Part shown: positions 9,240 to 21,415 of the stretch, one piece after another
How positions within the stretch are numbered: the first letter of the stretch is position 1
Layout of the letters: every line of letters begins with the position of its first letter
Notes under the pieces: model-generated
Seen by the model: only the letters and a program-made list of their open reading frames with translations
Database searches by the model: none
What the model was told of the DNA's origin: nothing
Assembly: GCA_013265495.1 (NCBI GenBank)
Contig: MU058374.1
Span: 9,985-51,454, forward strand
Reading direction: 5' to 3'
Source: Vicugna vicugna
Taxonomy: Eukaryota
Length of the DNA: 41,470 nt
Translations under genes and position numbers: made by a program

Positions 9240-10620
9240 AACTTGCCTGGCACTATTCCAGGCACTGGCAATACTGCAGTGAATGAAACCTACAAAGCCT
9301 GCCTGCTTGGAGCTTACAGTCCAGCAAGGGCAGAATGATCATTAATATGTTTACATCTCTGTTGGATCTGACCCCTGCCCTCTCCTTCCAGCTGCTCCCC
9401 ATCTCTCCTTCCCTTTAAAGCAGACAGTGTCAGAGGCTTGTCTAGACTCTGCTCTGACTGCTCTGATGGAATTATCTGTCTGTGAGAAGAGCATTCTGAG
9501 TGGAGCAAACAGCAAACAGTTCAAGGGATTCAAATAGTCCAGGGTGCTCGGGTGGGTGGCAGGGCATCAGGGATGAGGCCTGGGAGGGAACCCTAGAGAG
9601 AGGTTTGCTTCTGCTCTGCAAGAGGGGGAGGCAGGAGGGCTCTTTGCCCAGGAGTGACAGGATAGACACCCAGTAACTGAGTCCCTGTGGCTGCTATAGC
9701 TGAGAACAGACTGCAGGGGACAAGAGGGGAGTCTTGCAGGGGTGATTGTGTTGTCAGGAGACCAGGGTGGTACTGGTGGATGGGTGAGAAGAGGTTGGAT
9801 TCCAGATCTCAGTTGAAGCTAGAGACATTAGAGTTTGCTGTTGGATTGGGTGTGGGGTTTGAGGGAAACTCACAAGTTTTAGCACATCAGAAAAGCTGGA
9901 ACTGTCTGGGTGGGGGCAGGCTATTGGAGAAGCAGGCTTGGGGATGGAGAATGGAGCTCACATTTGGACAAGTCCAGTTAGAGCTGAACACAAGAACTCT
10001 AGTGCTGATGCCTGTTAGGTGCTGACAATAAAGCAGAGGAATTCAAAGGAAGTCTGGGCTGGAAATCAAGGTTTGTGGGTCAGGGAGAGACAGCACTTAA
10101 AGCCTTGGAACTAGGTGAGATCATTCAAAGACCAAATGTGAAAAGGAAAGAGCAAAACGTGTGTGTGTTGCGGTGGTGGGAATTGGAGTAGACTGAGCAG
10201 GAGAAGCCACAGAGGTAAGAATCAGGAAGCTGTAGGGCAGGGAGAGTAGGGCCAGGTGAAGGGACTGTTCCATGGAGAAGGGGATGTCAGCTGTACCAAA
10301 TGGTGATGGGGCAAGATGAGAACTGAGGGGTGACAACTGGATTCAGCAACATGGAGGCCACAAGTGACCTTGACAGGGTGATTGGGTAAATGTTGGGTGT
10401 GAGGCTTGGAGTAGGTTCTAGAAAGTAGTGGCAGAGCATTTGGAGGGGAGTTTGGACAAGCCTCTGACAGTGTCTGCTTTAAAGGGAAGGAGGGATAGGG
10501 CAGCAGCTGATGGAGATACGAGGGTCCAGGTCCCATAGAGAGGTGAACACACTGATGCAGGAGAGGAGGGAGTTACTAGAGTGATGTCCTCTGGTGGAGA
10601 GCTTGACTTTCCAGGAGCAG
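9240..10620 (-). mobile_element. Old LINE-2 (3' end plus ORF2 remnants)
   Basis: 'caggcactggcaatactgcagtgaatgaaac...ggagcttacagtccag' resembles the antisense L2 3' end. Minus-strand translation VKVTCGLHVAESSCHPSVLIL resembles L2 RT (VKVTNDLHVAKSNGQFSVLIL). Confidence 0.8.
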
Positions 10621-10724
10621 GTGCGTCTCCTGCACAGAAACAGAGAACAGACTGTGCATACGTGCATCTGGGTGGGGAGCTGCAAGGCTTCTGATCTAAT
10701 CGTGTATGTTCCAGACATGTCTAT

Positions 10725-10830
10725 TCATCAAGCAAGTCTGTGAGGCCAACCCAGATTTAAGGGAAGGGAAATTAGAGTCCACCCTCCAGTGAGAGGACCA
10801 GCAAGCAATTTGTAGTCATTGTTCATCTCC
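10725..10830. mobile_element. MLT1-type (MaLR) LTR fragment
   Basis: 'agcaagtctgtgaggccaacccagatttaagggaagggaaattagagtccaccctcc' resembles an MLT1 motif. Confidence 0.6.
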
Positions 10831-10834
10831 TGCT

Positions 10835-11045
10835 CTTGTCCAGTTTTTCCTTATTGATTTACAGAATTTCCTTACGGAATCTTTGTGAATCTAATGTCAG
10901 TTGCATGGTTTGGAATGACCTCTCCCAGCGTGGCTTTCTTTCACTTCCTTTATGTCTTTCCCCCCTTAGTGACTAGTGGTTTTTGAGTCTTGTTGAAGAG
11001 AGTTTTCTCACCCTCAAGGTCATGAAAATGGTCTCTTAAAAACAT
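10835..11045 (-). mobile_element. Old L1M fragment
   Basis: 'tttttccttattgattt...ctcccagcgtggct...gagtcttgttgaagagagttttctcaccctcaaggtcatgaaa' resembles degenerate antisense L1 ORF2. Confidence 0.55.
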
Positions 11046-11067
11046 AGTTTTTTAAGCCTTTGGGTCT

Positions 11068-11620
11068 GTGGCAGCCGCGTTAGCCCCGCTCAGGAAGCTG
11101 AGAGCGAGGGGAGGCGGAGACGGAGGAGCGTCCGTGGAGCAGCTGCGGTCCCCGCTGCGCCGCCACTGCAGGCGGAAGGCAGTAGGACTCCCGTGGCGGG
11201 AGGAGCCTGATCCCCCGAGGTGGCGGGGCCCTCCTTTCCTTACCCTTTTCGGAGCTGCTCCTGCTCCCTCTTCGGAGCCAAACTTCATTGTAGGCGCGCC
11301 TCCCTGGAGCAGCCCGGAGGCCTGGGGTGAGGATCGGTTGGTGCCAGCCGGGGGCTCCGGGGTCTAGCCCGGGGGACAGAGGGCGGCGACCGGGCTCGGG
11401 TTCCTGTCGCGCCACTCTTCGTGGTCCCTGGGGGCTTGGCTTGTGGGGAGGGAGTGCTACGATGGCGCGTCAGGGAGCTGGGCTGGCGGGCAGGGTGTTG
11501 GGGAGGGGGGTCCTGTGGTTTCTGTCCGGGGCTGCTGCGGCTGAGTCTGAGGGAGGGACACTGCCTCGGGATGCGCCAGCCTCCGCAGGCTGTTGGGGTT
11601 AGGGCACTGGGCCTGGGACG
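11068..11620 (+). promoter_or_regulatory. CpG island with first-exon-like segment (donor GG|gtgagg at ~11326/11327); parent gene unidentified
   Basis: Abrupt rise in GC and CpG content; 5'UTR-like text followed by a donor and GC-rich intron-like sequence. No recognisable ORF. Confidence 0.6.
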
Positions 11621-13379
11621 CCACCCCAGGTCCTGTCTGCCATGGGGATGGGGCCAGTGGACTTTCCCACCAGGTTCCCTCCTTCCTTCTTAAGGACAGA
11701 TTGTTAGGAGAATTGTTATTATCTGTTTTAATGTTCTGCCTATGTGAGTTTGGCACTGGCACTTGTCTAACTCCCAGCAACTTTAAATTTTGGAGGATCC
11801 AAACTTCTAGTACAGATGGTGCGATGTGCCAGGAAGGTTTGCACGTATAAAATCCGTATCTTGTATGTATATTTTCTTGCACAGTGCAGGTGAGTGAAAG
11901 CGACATGCAAGGTCCTAGAGTTTTGGATTCCTGGCGGTGAGTATTAGACCCTAGTAAAAATTAGGGCGAGGACGACTGGCTTACTGGCCCTTATAAACTG
12001 ACCTGCGAGCTCTGACTACTTGGAGAATGCTGTTCATAGGGATTATTTATTCGGATAGTTTTGTGTCGGCTAAACTTGATTTTTAGAGCATTTTTCAGTG
12101 GAGTGATTTTTATCTCTCTTGCTGTGAAATTGCCCAAATGAGATTCCGGTGTTGCAACTCCTGGGCGTGTTTTGTCTGGGGAGACTGGGAACATAGACTC
12201 TGGAAGTTCAGTTCTCGCAGCCCTCTTCTGAATCCGCTCACCTTGAAAGCTTTGGCTGTCGAGTGTAGTGTGTCCTTTGTTTCCTGTTCCCTCTGGGAGG
12301 GAGCAGTGTCTCCTACTTTGTATCTTCCAGACATCTGTGGCCTCCCCCACCCCGCCCCCCAGTTTGTGAGCAGTGAATGAAGAGAGGCTGGCCTGCTGGT
12401 ATGCAGAGGATGGCAAAAGGAAATCCAGGAGTGGTTTTAGTGAAATGAGAGCTTTGTCTCATGAATAGCGGTGGCTCAGACTAGACAGCAACTTGAAGAG
12501 ATGGCTGTCCTTTGATAAAGCCTGGGCTGATGTTTTTCAGATTGCTGAGTTATAAAGTATTTTGTCTGGAACCTGGGAAGCCATTTCATTATTGCCATTT
12601 GGTGTACATTCAGTACCTTCCAGTATCACTGATGTTAACTTGTCTTCATCCTAAAAAATATTAGTCACAGCTTGAAGTGTTATTTACATAGTGCTGCTGC
12701 TTGGTTATCTGCTGATTTCGTGCTGCAGACTTCTTCAAACTTCTACTTTGGAGGCTTTTTTTCTCCTGGTCTGAACTAAGGCAGCTGCTACATTTATTTT
12801 ACTTTTAGAAAAGTACCTTTTTGAGAATCTCCTTTCACAAAATTTGATTACTTTGCACCCAATATTCATTACTTTGACCTTGTCTTTGTTCTGAAGGCCA
12901 CATACAAGGCACTAAAATAATCACAATAGTAACTTAAAAAACATGGGAGAGACAATTCTATAGGATTAAAGGAATGCTGAGACTATTCAAGTCTGAAGTC
13001 CTTGAAGGAGAAATAAAAAACTGCACTAGGAAGTTTAGTGCAGCCTGTATCTAGAGTCCTTGTGGGGCTCTGGGCCTGAGATTCTCCTAGAGGCTAGAAG
13101 AGTCACTTAAAATAGCTGTCAGGAAATACCAATTTTTAAAAGTAAGGTGGCAAAAACCAACCAAACAAAAAACCCCAACATTTAGCAGTGTTCAGGTGTC
13201 AATAAGCAAGAGTTTTCTTTCTTTTGAAGTGTCATTTGACTACTTCCTTTACCAAGATAATTGTGTAGAAAAATGTGGATTCCAATATTAAAATTTAAAC
13301 TGAATTGAGCTTCCTACTCTTAATAGTGATGACTGGAATAAAAATTATCCATATTAAAAAAAATTTCTAGTTTTTTAAA

Positions 13380-16300
13380 CTTCTAAATGCCTTCTAGCTT
13401 CTTTCCTATTTAGGTCTTTAGTCTGCCTGGAATTTACTTTGGTGTGTGGTGTGAAGCAGTAGTCTCTTTCCCATGTGAATATTTAAGTACCATTTATAAA
13501 GAATGCTGTTTCCCTACTGACCTGCTGTGGCATTTCTGCCAGATATCAAGTGTTGGTATACATAAGAGTCCTTTCTGGGCTCTCTGTTCTGTTCCATTCT
13601 GTCTTTATATCCTTAGATCAACAGCATGTTGTCTGAATGTCTATTGCATTATAATAGGTGTTATTGTCTAGTAGACTAGGTTTTCCCATCTCGTTCTTTA
13701 AGAGTGTCTTGACAATCTCGGCACTACACTCCCTACAAATTTTAGAATCTTTTCACATCTTCTACCAAAATCTCTGCTGGGATTTTGGCTGGGATTGAAA
13801 TCTATACTATACTTACTTTTCCAGTGTTTATTCATCACATATTTTTCCATCTTCTTCGGTGTTCTTTGATAGTTGTCAATAAAGGCTAATGTAAGGTTTT
13901 CTTCCTGCACACTTTCAATCCATATAGTCCATACATTGTTCATAGTTTTTGACGCCAGTGTAAATGCTATTTCTTTTTCTCTTTCAGTCCATTACAATGC
14001 GATGAATATCACTGATTGACTTTCCAGTGTTAAACTACTTTTGTCCCTAGAATAGACTGGTTTGCTCACAATGTATTATCCTCTTTATATATTGTTGGAT
14101 TTGTTTGGCTGCTGTTATGATTACAGTTTTGGTGTTTACTTCCTTGAAGGCCATTGGCCTGTAATTTTTATTTCTCTTTCTCTGTGAAGTTTCAGTATTA
14201 AGGCTGTGCTGGCTTTGTGACCATGCTGGGGTTTGCTTCCTCTTTTTCTGCTCTCCTAGGAGTTCCTGTACTAGTGACATTATTTCTTCCTTAAATGTTT
14301 GGTAGACTTCATCAGTGAAGCCAGTGGATCTGGAAGATGTATATTTCTTTAATGATTATAGGACTATTTAGATTTTACATTTCTTTTGGTATAAATTTTG
14401 GTAATTGTATTTTTGAAAGAAATATATCCATGTCATCTGAATTTTTAAATATTGTTCATAGTATTTTCTCATTATTTTCCATATCTATAGGATTCTTAAT
14501 TAATTTCTCTTTTTAAAATCTTGGTTGTTTTTTGTTTTCTTTCTCTGTTTCTCAGTTTCTGATCACTCTTGCCAGCCAAGGATTTTCAACTTTATTAGTC
14601 ATTTCAAAGAACCTTGCTTTTTCTTTTCTTTTGATCTCTCCATTTTATATGTTGCATTTTTTTATATGTTATTAATTTCCACTCATATTATTTTATTTAT
14701 TCTATGGTTTTGGGTTATTTTACTTTTTTTCCCTAATGTCTAAAATGGATGCTTTCTCATTAGTTTGCTGCATTTCTTACTTCAAGAGTAAAAATCTACT
14801 TAGAAGCACAAATTTTGACATGTAACATTGAAATTTTCTTTATTGACAGATAGTTGATTTATAATGTTTCATGTATGTAGCAAAGTGACTCAGTTATACA
14901 TATATAAACATACTTTAGATAATTTTTCATTATAGGTTATTACAAGTCATTGAATTTAGTTCCTCGTGCTATACAGTAGGTTCCTATTATTTATCTATTT
15001 TATATATAGTAGTGTGTATCTGTTAATCCCAAATTCCAGATTCATCCCTCCTCACTCCCCTTTCCTCTTTGGTGACTTTAATTTTGTCTTCTATGTCTGT
15101 GGGTCTATTTCTGTTTTATAAATACATTCACTTGTGTCACTTTTTTAGATTCCACATGTAAGTGATATCACATGTATGTGATATCACATCATGTGATATC
15201 ACATGATATCACAGAGGTATTTCCTCTGGCTTACTTCACGTAGGATAATCATCTCTAGGTCCATCCATGTAGCTTCAAATGGCATTAATTCATACAGTAT
15301 TCCACCTAAATACCACATCTTCTTTATACATTTATATGTCGATGGACATTTAGGTTGCTACCATGTCTTGGCTGTTGTAAACAGTGCTGCTGTATGTGTC
15401 TTTCTGAGTGAGAGTTTTCTCTAGATACATGCCCAGGAGTGGGATTCCTTGATCATATGGTAACTCTATTTTTAGTTTTTAAAAGAAGCTTCATACTGTT
15501 CTCCATAGTGGCTGCACCAATTTTATTTGTGGAATTTTTGTTATTATTATGTTCTTAAGAGTTACTAAGTTCCATTTGGTATTTCCTTTTTGTCCACTGG
15601 GTTGTTTAAGAATGTATTTCTCCATTTTCAAATATATAGGGATTTTCTCATTATCTTTTCATCATGTCTTGCCATTATTGATTTGCATTGTTGTAAATCA
15701 TGTTTACTACTATTTCAATTAAGCATGGTCTTTTTGTAAATGTTTCAAATAGACTGTGTAATCTGTTCTCACTGGGTGTGAGTTGTAGGTGTGTCATTAG
15801 ATTATATGTGTTAATAGCTATATTGATCAAATTGTCTTTTTCTTCACTGAATTTAACTGCTTTTGACTGCTTTTTCTGGCTATTCCTGAGAGACTTGTGT
15901 TAAATCCTTCCAATGATATTTTGGTTTTTCTATATCTGTAGTTTTGAGTTTTACATATTTTGAGATTCCTTTTTTAAGTACTTATCCACCTTAAATTGTT
16001 ACATCTCCTTGGTAAGTTGAACTTTGTATTACCATGTAATAACCCTCTTAATCTCTAGGAATACTTTTTTACTTTAAAATCTATTTTGTCTGATATTAAC
16101 ATAGCCACACTAGCTCTTTTTGGATTAGTGTTCACACAGCGTATTTCTTTTATTCCTTTTTACTTACAGTCTTTCTGTATCTTTATGTTTTAGATGTGAC
16201 CTTTGTAAAGATATAGTTGAATTTTTAAAAGTCCTATTTACAACTATTTGCCATTTAAACAAAGCATTTAATTATCTTACATTTGATATAGTTATCAATG

Positions 16301-16640
16301 TATTCATGTTAAAAATAACATCTTTTGTTCTTTCTATTCATCATCCTCTTTTATCTTTCTTTTTCTTTCCTTTCCTTTCTTGCTTCCTTGGGTTTGTTAT
16401 CTGTCTCTCCACTTTCCCCCTTGACTTTCCTCTCTGCCCCTCTTTGTTTGTGTCTGTTATTTTCCCCTAAATTAAAATCTGCATTCTTAATTTACCAATT
16501 CTACAGTTAACCAGTATTTTTACTATTTTCCTGGACAACATATCTGCTGCCTTGTATTTTCATACTTTTACTTTTGCTTTACTCCACAGACATCACTGTT
16601 GTGGACAGTGCTCATTTATATCTACCAACCTATTAAATGC
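13380..16640 (-). mobile_element. Old degenerate L1 (L1ME-like) ORF2, antisense, with a nested younger L1 3' end (~14835-15525)
   Basis: T-rich antisense L1 motifs ('ctgctgggattttggctgggattgaaatctata', 'gttggatttgtttggct', 'gtttggtagacttcatcagtgaagcca', 'ctattttgtctgatattaacatagccac'). Nested element 'gtgctatacagtaggt...tagattccacatg...ggctgcaccaattt'. Confidence 0.85.
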
Positions 16641-16647
16641 CCTTTCA

Positions 16648-17405
16648 TGATCTCTCCATTTTATATGTTGCATTTTTTATATGTTATTAATTTCCACTCA
16701 TATTATTTTATTTTTTCTATGGTTTTGGGTTATTTTACTTTTTTCCCCTAGTGTCTAAATTGGATGCTTTCTCATTAGTTTGCTGCATTTCTTACTTCAA
16801 GACTAAAAATCTACTTAGAAGCACAAATTTTGACATGTAACATTGAAATTTTCTTTATTGACAGATAGTTGATTTTTAATGGTTCAGGTAGCATATGTTT
16901 CATGTATGTAGCAAATGACTCAGTTATACATATATAAACATATATTTTAGATAATTTTCATTATAGGTTATTACAAGTCATTGAATTTAGTTCCTCGTGC
17001 TATACAGTAGGTTCCTATTATTTATCTATTTTATATGTAGTAGTGTGTATCTATTAATCCGAAATTCCAGATTCATCCCTCCTCACTCCCCTTTCCTCTT
17101 TGGTGACTTTAATTTTGTCTTCTATGTCTGTGGGTCTATTTCTGTTTTATAAATACATTCACTTGTGTCACTTTTTTAGATTCCACATGTAAGTGATATC
17201 ACATGATATTACCTTTCCTCTGGCTTACTTCACGTAGGATAATCATCTCTAGGTCCATCCATGTAGCTTTAAATGGCATTAATTCATACAGTATTCCACC
17301 TATATACCACATCTTCTTTATACATTTATATTTTGATGGACATTTAGGTTGCTACCATGTCTTGGCTGTTGTAAACAGTGCTGCTGTATGTGTCTTTCTG
17401 AGTGA
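16648..17405 (+). repeat. Local direct duplication of 14632-15411
   Basis: Both copies begin 'tgatctctccattttatatgttgcatttt' and end 'gctgtatgtgtctttctgagtga'; high identity with several indels. Confidence 0.95.
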
Positions 17406-17639
17406 AAGTAGAGTACTTTACATTATATCAACATGTGGGCTTTTTATTGACTATGTGATTAACCAGGAGTTCCAAGTGCTTAGTGAAGTGTTTTTGCAGT
17501 TGAGAGGCCTGGGGGATAGGATGAGACACAGAGATACTTAGAATTTGTAGGAATTTGGACTGGGATTTCCACATCTTTGAGCCTCAGTTGTTGGTTCTAT
17601 GAAAGAGGTTTGGTGATATTTACTTGGAATTTAAGTATT

Positions 17640-18000
17640 TATTCTGTAAACTCAGGGCACCCACTAGGTGCCAGATCCTAACCTGGGGAGTGTGAACACA
17701 AAGATGAGCCTCTGCTTCTGAGACTCTTCCAGCAAGTTGAGTTCCAGTAGACTTGTTAACAGACATGTGCAGAGAGAGGGGAGCATTACAGCCAAAGGCA
17801 GTACCAGATGGTGGGTTGTATGTGCCATCCGGGGTGTGGGTCACAAAGACTTCCTGGTTGATGGGGCTTGAATTTATCTTAGAGGTTGAGTAAATTTTCA
17901 CTGGACAACTCAGGAGAGAAGGTATTTGTAGGAGAGAAAAGAGCATGAGCCAGGGCTGAAAGGTGGAAAGAGCATGGCTCTTTAGTGGTACTGAATTCTT
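17640..18000 (-). mobile_element. L2 fragment
   Basis: 'ggcacccactaggtgccag...gtgtgaacaca...aaagacttcctgg...cttgaatttatcttagagg...gcatgagccagggctgaaaggtggaaagagcatggc'. Confidence 0.55.
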
Positions 18001-18269
18001 TGGATGGGGAGGGGAAGCATTCGGAAAGGGTGCTGATTGGCTTAGTTTGGATGAGTGGCCATCTCTAGACCAATCGTGTGTAGCCTGGGGCAGGCTCTTG
18101 CAAGACCTCCACTACTGTTGCAGCCCTGAGTGTTGGTGTAGTTCCCAGGGGAGGAGGTGTTACTGGGTGCCAGTCCGAAAGGTGTTCATTGCAGCTTGAG
18201 CAGTGTGAAATTTTTAGCAGTCAGAGAAGCCAGTAAAGGATTCATTTTATTTAATTAATTGTAATTAAA

Positions 18270-20670
18270 TTTTTAATTGTGATAAAATACACATAACATA
18301 AAATTTGTCTTTTAACCATCTTAAAGTGAACGACTCAACGGCCCTTAAGCATAGTCACACAGATGTTCAACCATCCATCTCCAGAGCTGTAAAAGCAAGT
18401 TGCTATTTGACTCATTTGTGGTAAATGATAAAAGTTACTCAGCATGATTTTTGTATTGTTTATCAATTCTTCCACTTTATTTAGTTACACACCCTCTGCA
18501 CCAGTTTGTGCATTTGGATATTTTCTATTACAAGTTATATGGTAGAATTTTGACTTTCAAGCTTCTTAGGAAATTACATAAAAGTAAAAGAACAGATCTT
18601 GAATCAACAGCTAATTTATCATTTTTGTCAATCTCTGAGGGAATTCCCAGGGAATATATAATGATGGACTAGACTAAGAACTTGCTGTGTTGCTTATGAA
18701 TACAGAGAGAGCTAACTACTCATGGAAAACATCTGGAAGGCCATCTATGCCCTGAAAGGTACAAAACTGGTAAAATTGGTATTTATCTGGCATGTATAAT
18801 TTTCATGGCTTGATTAATTAGTAATAAAATACACACTGGTTCAGTGAATAATGTTGCTGTCACTTTCAACCTTAGTTGTACAATTACTTAATCTAATAAT
18901 ACATAGTGTTTTCCCATGAAGAGATAAAGCAAGGTAAGTGCAGTCCTTTTATCGGTATTCTAACTGGTATTCCAGGAGGCCATCAGCATGAGTTTTAATT
19001 CAAAGCATCTGTGTTACCTAAATATACTAGATACTGAAATACTATTTAGATGATTCTGTTAGATGTTTCATATTTATACACATTAAACAGCATTTTATAT
19101 AATTAAATGTAAAATAGTTAAGCAAAATTAATTTTTGAACAAATTTTGAATAAAACAGACATTACAGAATTGTACATTGACCCAGAGCTTTTATAATCTC
19201 CCTTAACTGATGCTCTGTACCCATTAAACCACCACACCCCATTTTCCCTCCTCTCCCAACCCTAGCTCTTTACAGCCTCCATTCTACCTTCCGTCCCTAT
19301 GACTCTGACTACTCTAGGGACTGCATACGCATGGACTCATAGAGTGTTTATCATTTTGTGACCGATTTATCCTGGAAGCCTTATGTCCTCAAGATTCATC
19401 CGTGTTGTAGCACGTCAGAATTTCCTTCCATTATGAGGTCAGATTGTACATATATACCACATTTTGTTTGTCTGTTCATCTTACTAATGGACGTTTGGGT
19501 AGCTTCTGCCTTTTGGCTATTGTGAATGTTGTGAACATGGGTGTACTCATATTTCTTTGAGATCCTGCTTTCAGTTATATTGGGCATATACCCAGAGGTG
19601 GAATTGCTAGATCATATGTAATTTTTAGTCTGTATATTGCTAGTTTTTTTTATTGTGATAGAATTGAAAATAGCATTATATTAGTTTCAGGTGTAAATCA
19701 TCATGATTCAGTATCTGTATACATTGTGAGATGATCACAATAATAAGTGTATTTAACATTCACCACCATAGGTAGTTACACAATTTAATCTTTTGGTAAT
19801 ACTATTTTTAGTTTCTTGAGGAATTGATATGCTGTTTTCCATAGCATCTGCACCATTGTATATTCCTACCAACAGTACACAAAAGTTCCAGTTTTTTCAC
19901 ATATTTGCCAAGACTTGTGTTAAAAAATTTTTTTTTAGATCCTAATAGGTGTAGGTGTTATCTCACATGATGGTTTTAATTGGCATTTCCCTAATAACTA
20001 AAGATGCAGAGTTTCTATTTATATTTTTTTTGGCTATTTTTGTATCTTTTTTGGAGAAATATCTTTTAAAATCCTTCACCCATTTGTTTTAATTGAAGAT
20101 TAGTTAATTTGCAATGTTGTGTTCTGGTGTACAGCATAGTGATTCAATTATACGTACATATAAATATATATTCTTTTTCATTATTTTTAGGTGTTTCAAG
20201 ATACTGAATGCAGTTCCCTATGCTCTACAGTAGAAACTTGTTTATTTTGTATATAGTTGTCTTTATCTATGAATCCCAAACTCCTAAATTATCCCTCTTC
20301 CCCTTCCCCTTTGGTAACTCTAGATTGGTTTTCCATGTCTTTGAGTCTCTTTCTTTCTTGTTTTAATTTTAAAGATCCCACATGTAAGTGAAATCATATA
20401 TTTATCTTTCTCTGCTTGACTTACTGCACTAGTATGATTACCTCTAGATGCATCCATGTTGCTGCAAATTTCATTCTTATTTTATGGCTGAGTAGTATCC
20501 ATTGTATATACGTACCACACCTTCATCCATTCATCTTTTGATGGAAATTTGAGTTGCTTTCATGTCCTGGTTATTGTAAATAGTGCTACTGTGAACATTG
20601 GGGTGCCTGTGTCTTTTGGAGTTAGAGTTTTCTCTGGATGTATGCCCAGGAGTGGGATTGCTGGGTCGTA
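18270..20670 (-). mobile_element. Cluster of antisense L1 3' fragments (L1MB-like 18270-18390 and 19150-20085; nested younger L1 ends ~19650-19790 and ~20088-20670)
   Basis: 'aattgtgataaaatacacataacataaaattt', 'gtacccattaaac', 'tcaagattcatccgtgttgtagc', 'ggtgtacagcatagtgattca', 'atgcccaggagtgggattgctgggtc'. The stretch 18400-19130 looks unique. Confidence 0.8.
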
Positions 20671-21189
20671 TTCTTCATCCATTTTTTATTTACTTATTTT
20701 GTTGTTGTTGAGTTGTAGTAAAGACTTAAGCAGGATGTTCTCATTTGACCTATGGTTTGGAGAGGACTGAGCTTGAAACTTTTGCAGTAACCAGGGCAAG
20801 AGTAGAGGGGGACCAGAGCTGTCTGCAGCTCAGAGGATGCACACTGTGCATACAGGTGTTCTACACAAAGACCCACCTGGCTGTCCTCTCGATGTTGGGT
20901 GGCCTTGGACAAGGAAGACCTAGGCCATTCCCTTAAAGTCTGGGCTCTGCCAAGATCCTCACCTTGTTAACTCCCATGAAAGGCTCAAAGTAGTCCCAGG
21001 CCCATGTGAAATCCAGGGTTTTGGTCCTTCCAAGTGACCCAGGCAGAGAATGGTTTATAATCAGGGCTATGGGATGTCTGCTCTTCTGCAGCAGTTGCCG
21101 GGGGTGAGGTAGGCTCTAGAAACCACAGAAAGTGACACCATGTTGGGACACATAAAAGCAGACTCTCCTATTGCTGTTTTTGATGAGCA

Positions 21190-21415
21190 GATAGTTTAAA
21201 GGGTTGTAGAGTCAGACTGCCTGGGGTCAAATTGTACTTGGTCTCTTAGTAGATGGGCAACTTACATTACCTTCTAGTGCCTCAGTTTCCTCCTGTTTCT
21301 AATGAGAAAAATTAGCATGCTTCCCCTATTAAGAATTAAGAGTAAATGAGTTAATAATGTATGTAAAGCATTAGAGCCATGCCTAGTTCATGGAAAATTA
21401 TGGCAAGTATTGCCA
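21190..21415 (+). mobile_element. MIR SINE
   Basis: 'gagtcagactgcctggggtcaaa...tgggcaacttac...gtgcctcagtttcctc...taaatgagttaataatgtatgtaaagcattagagccatgcctag' matches the MIR core and 3' end. Confidence 0.85.
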
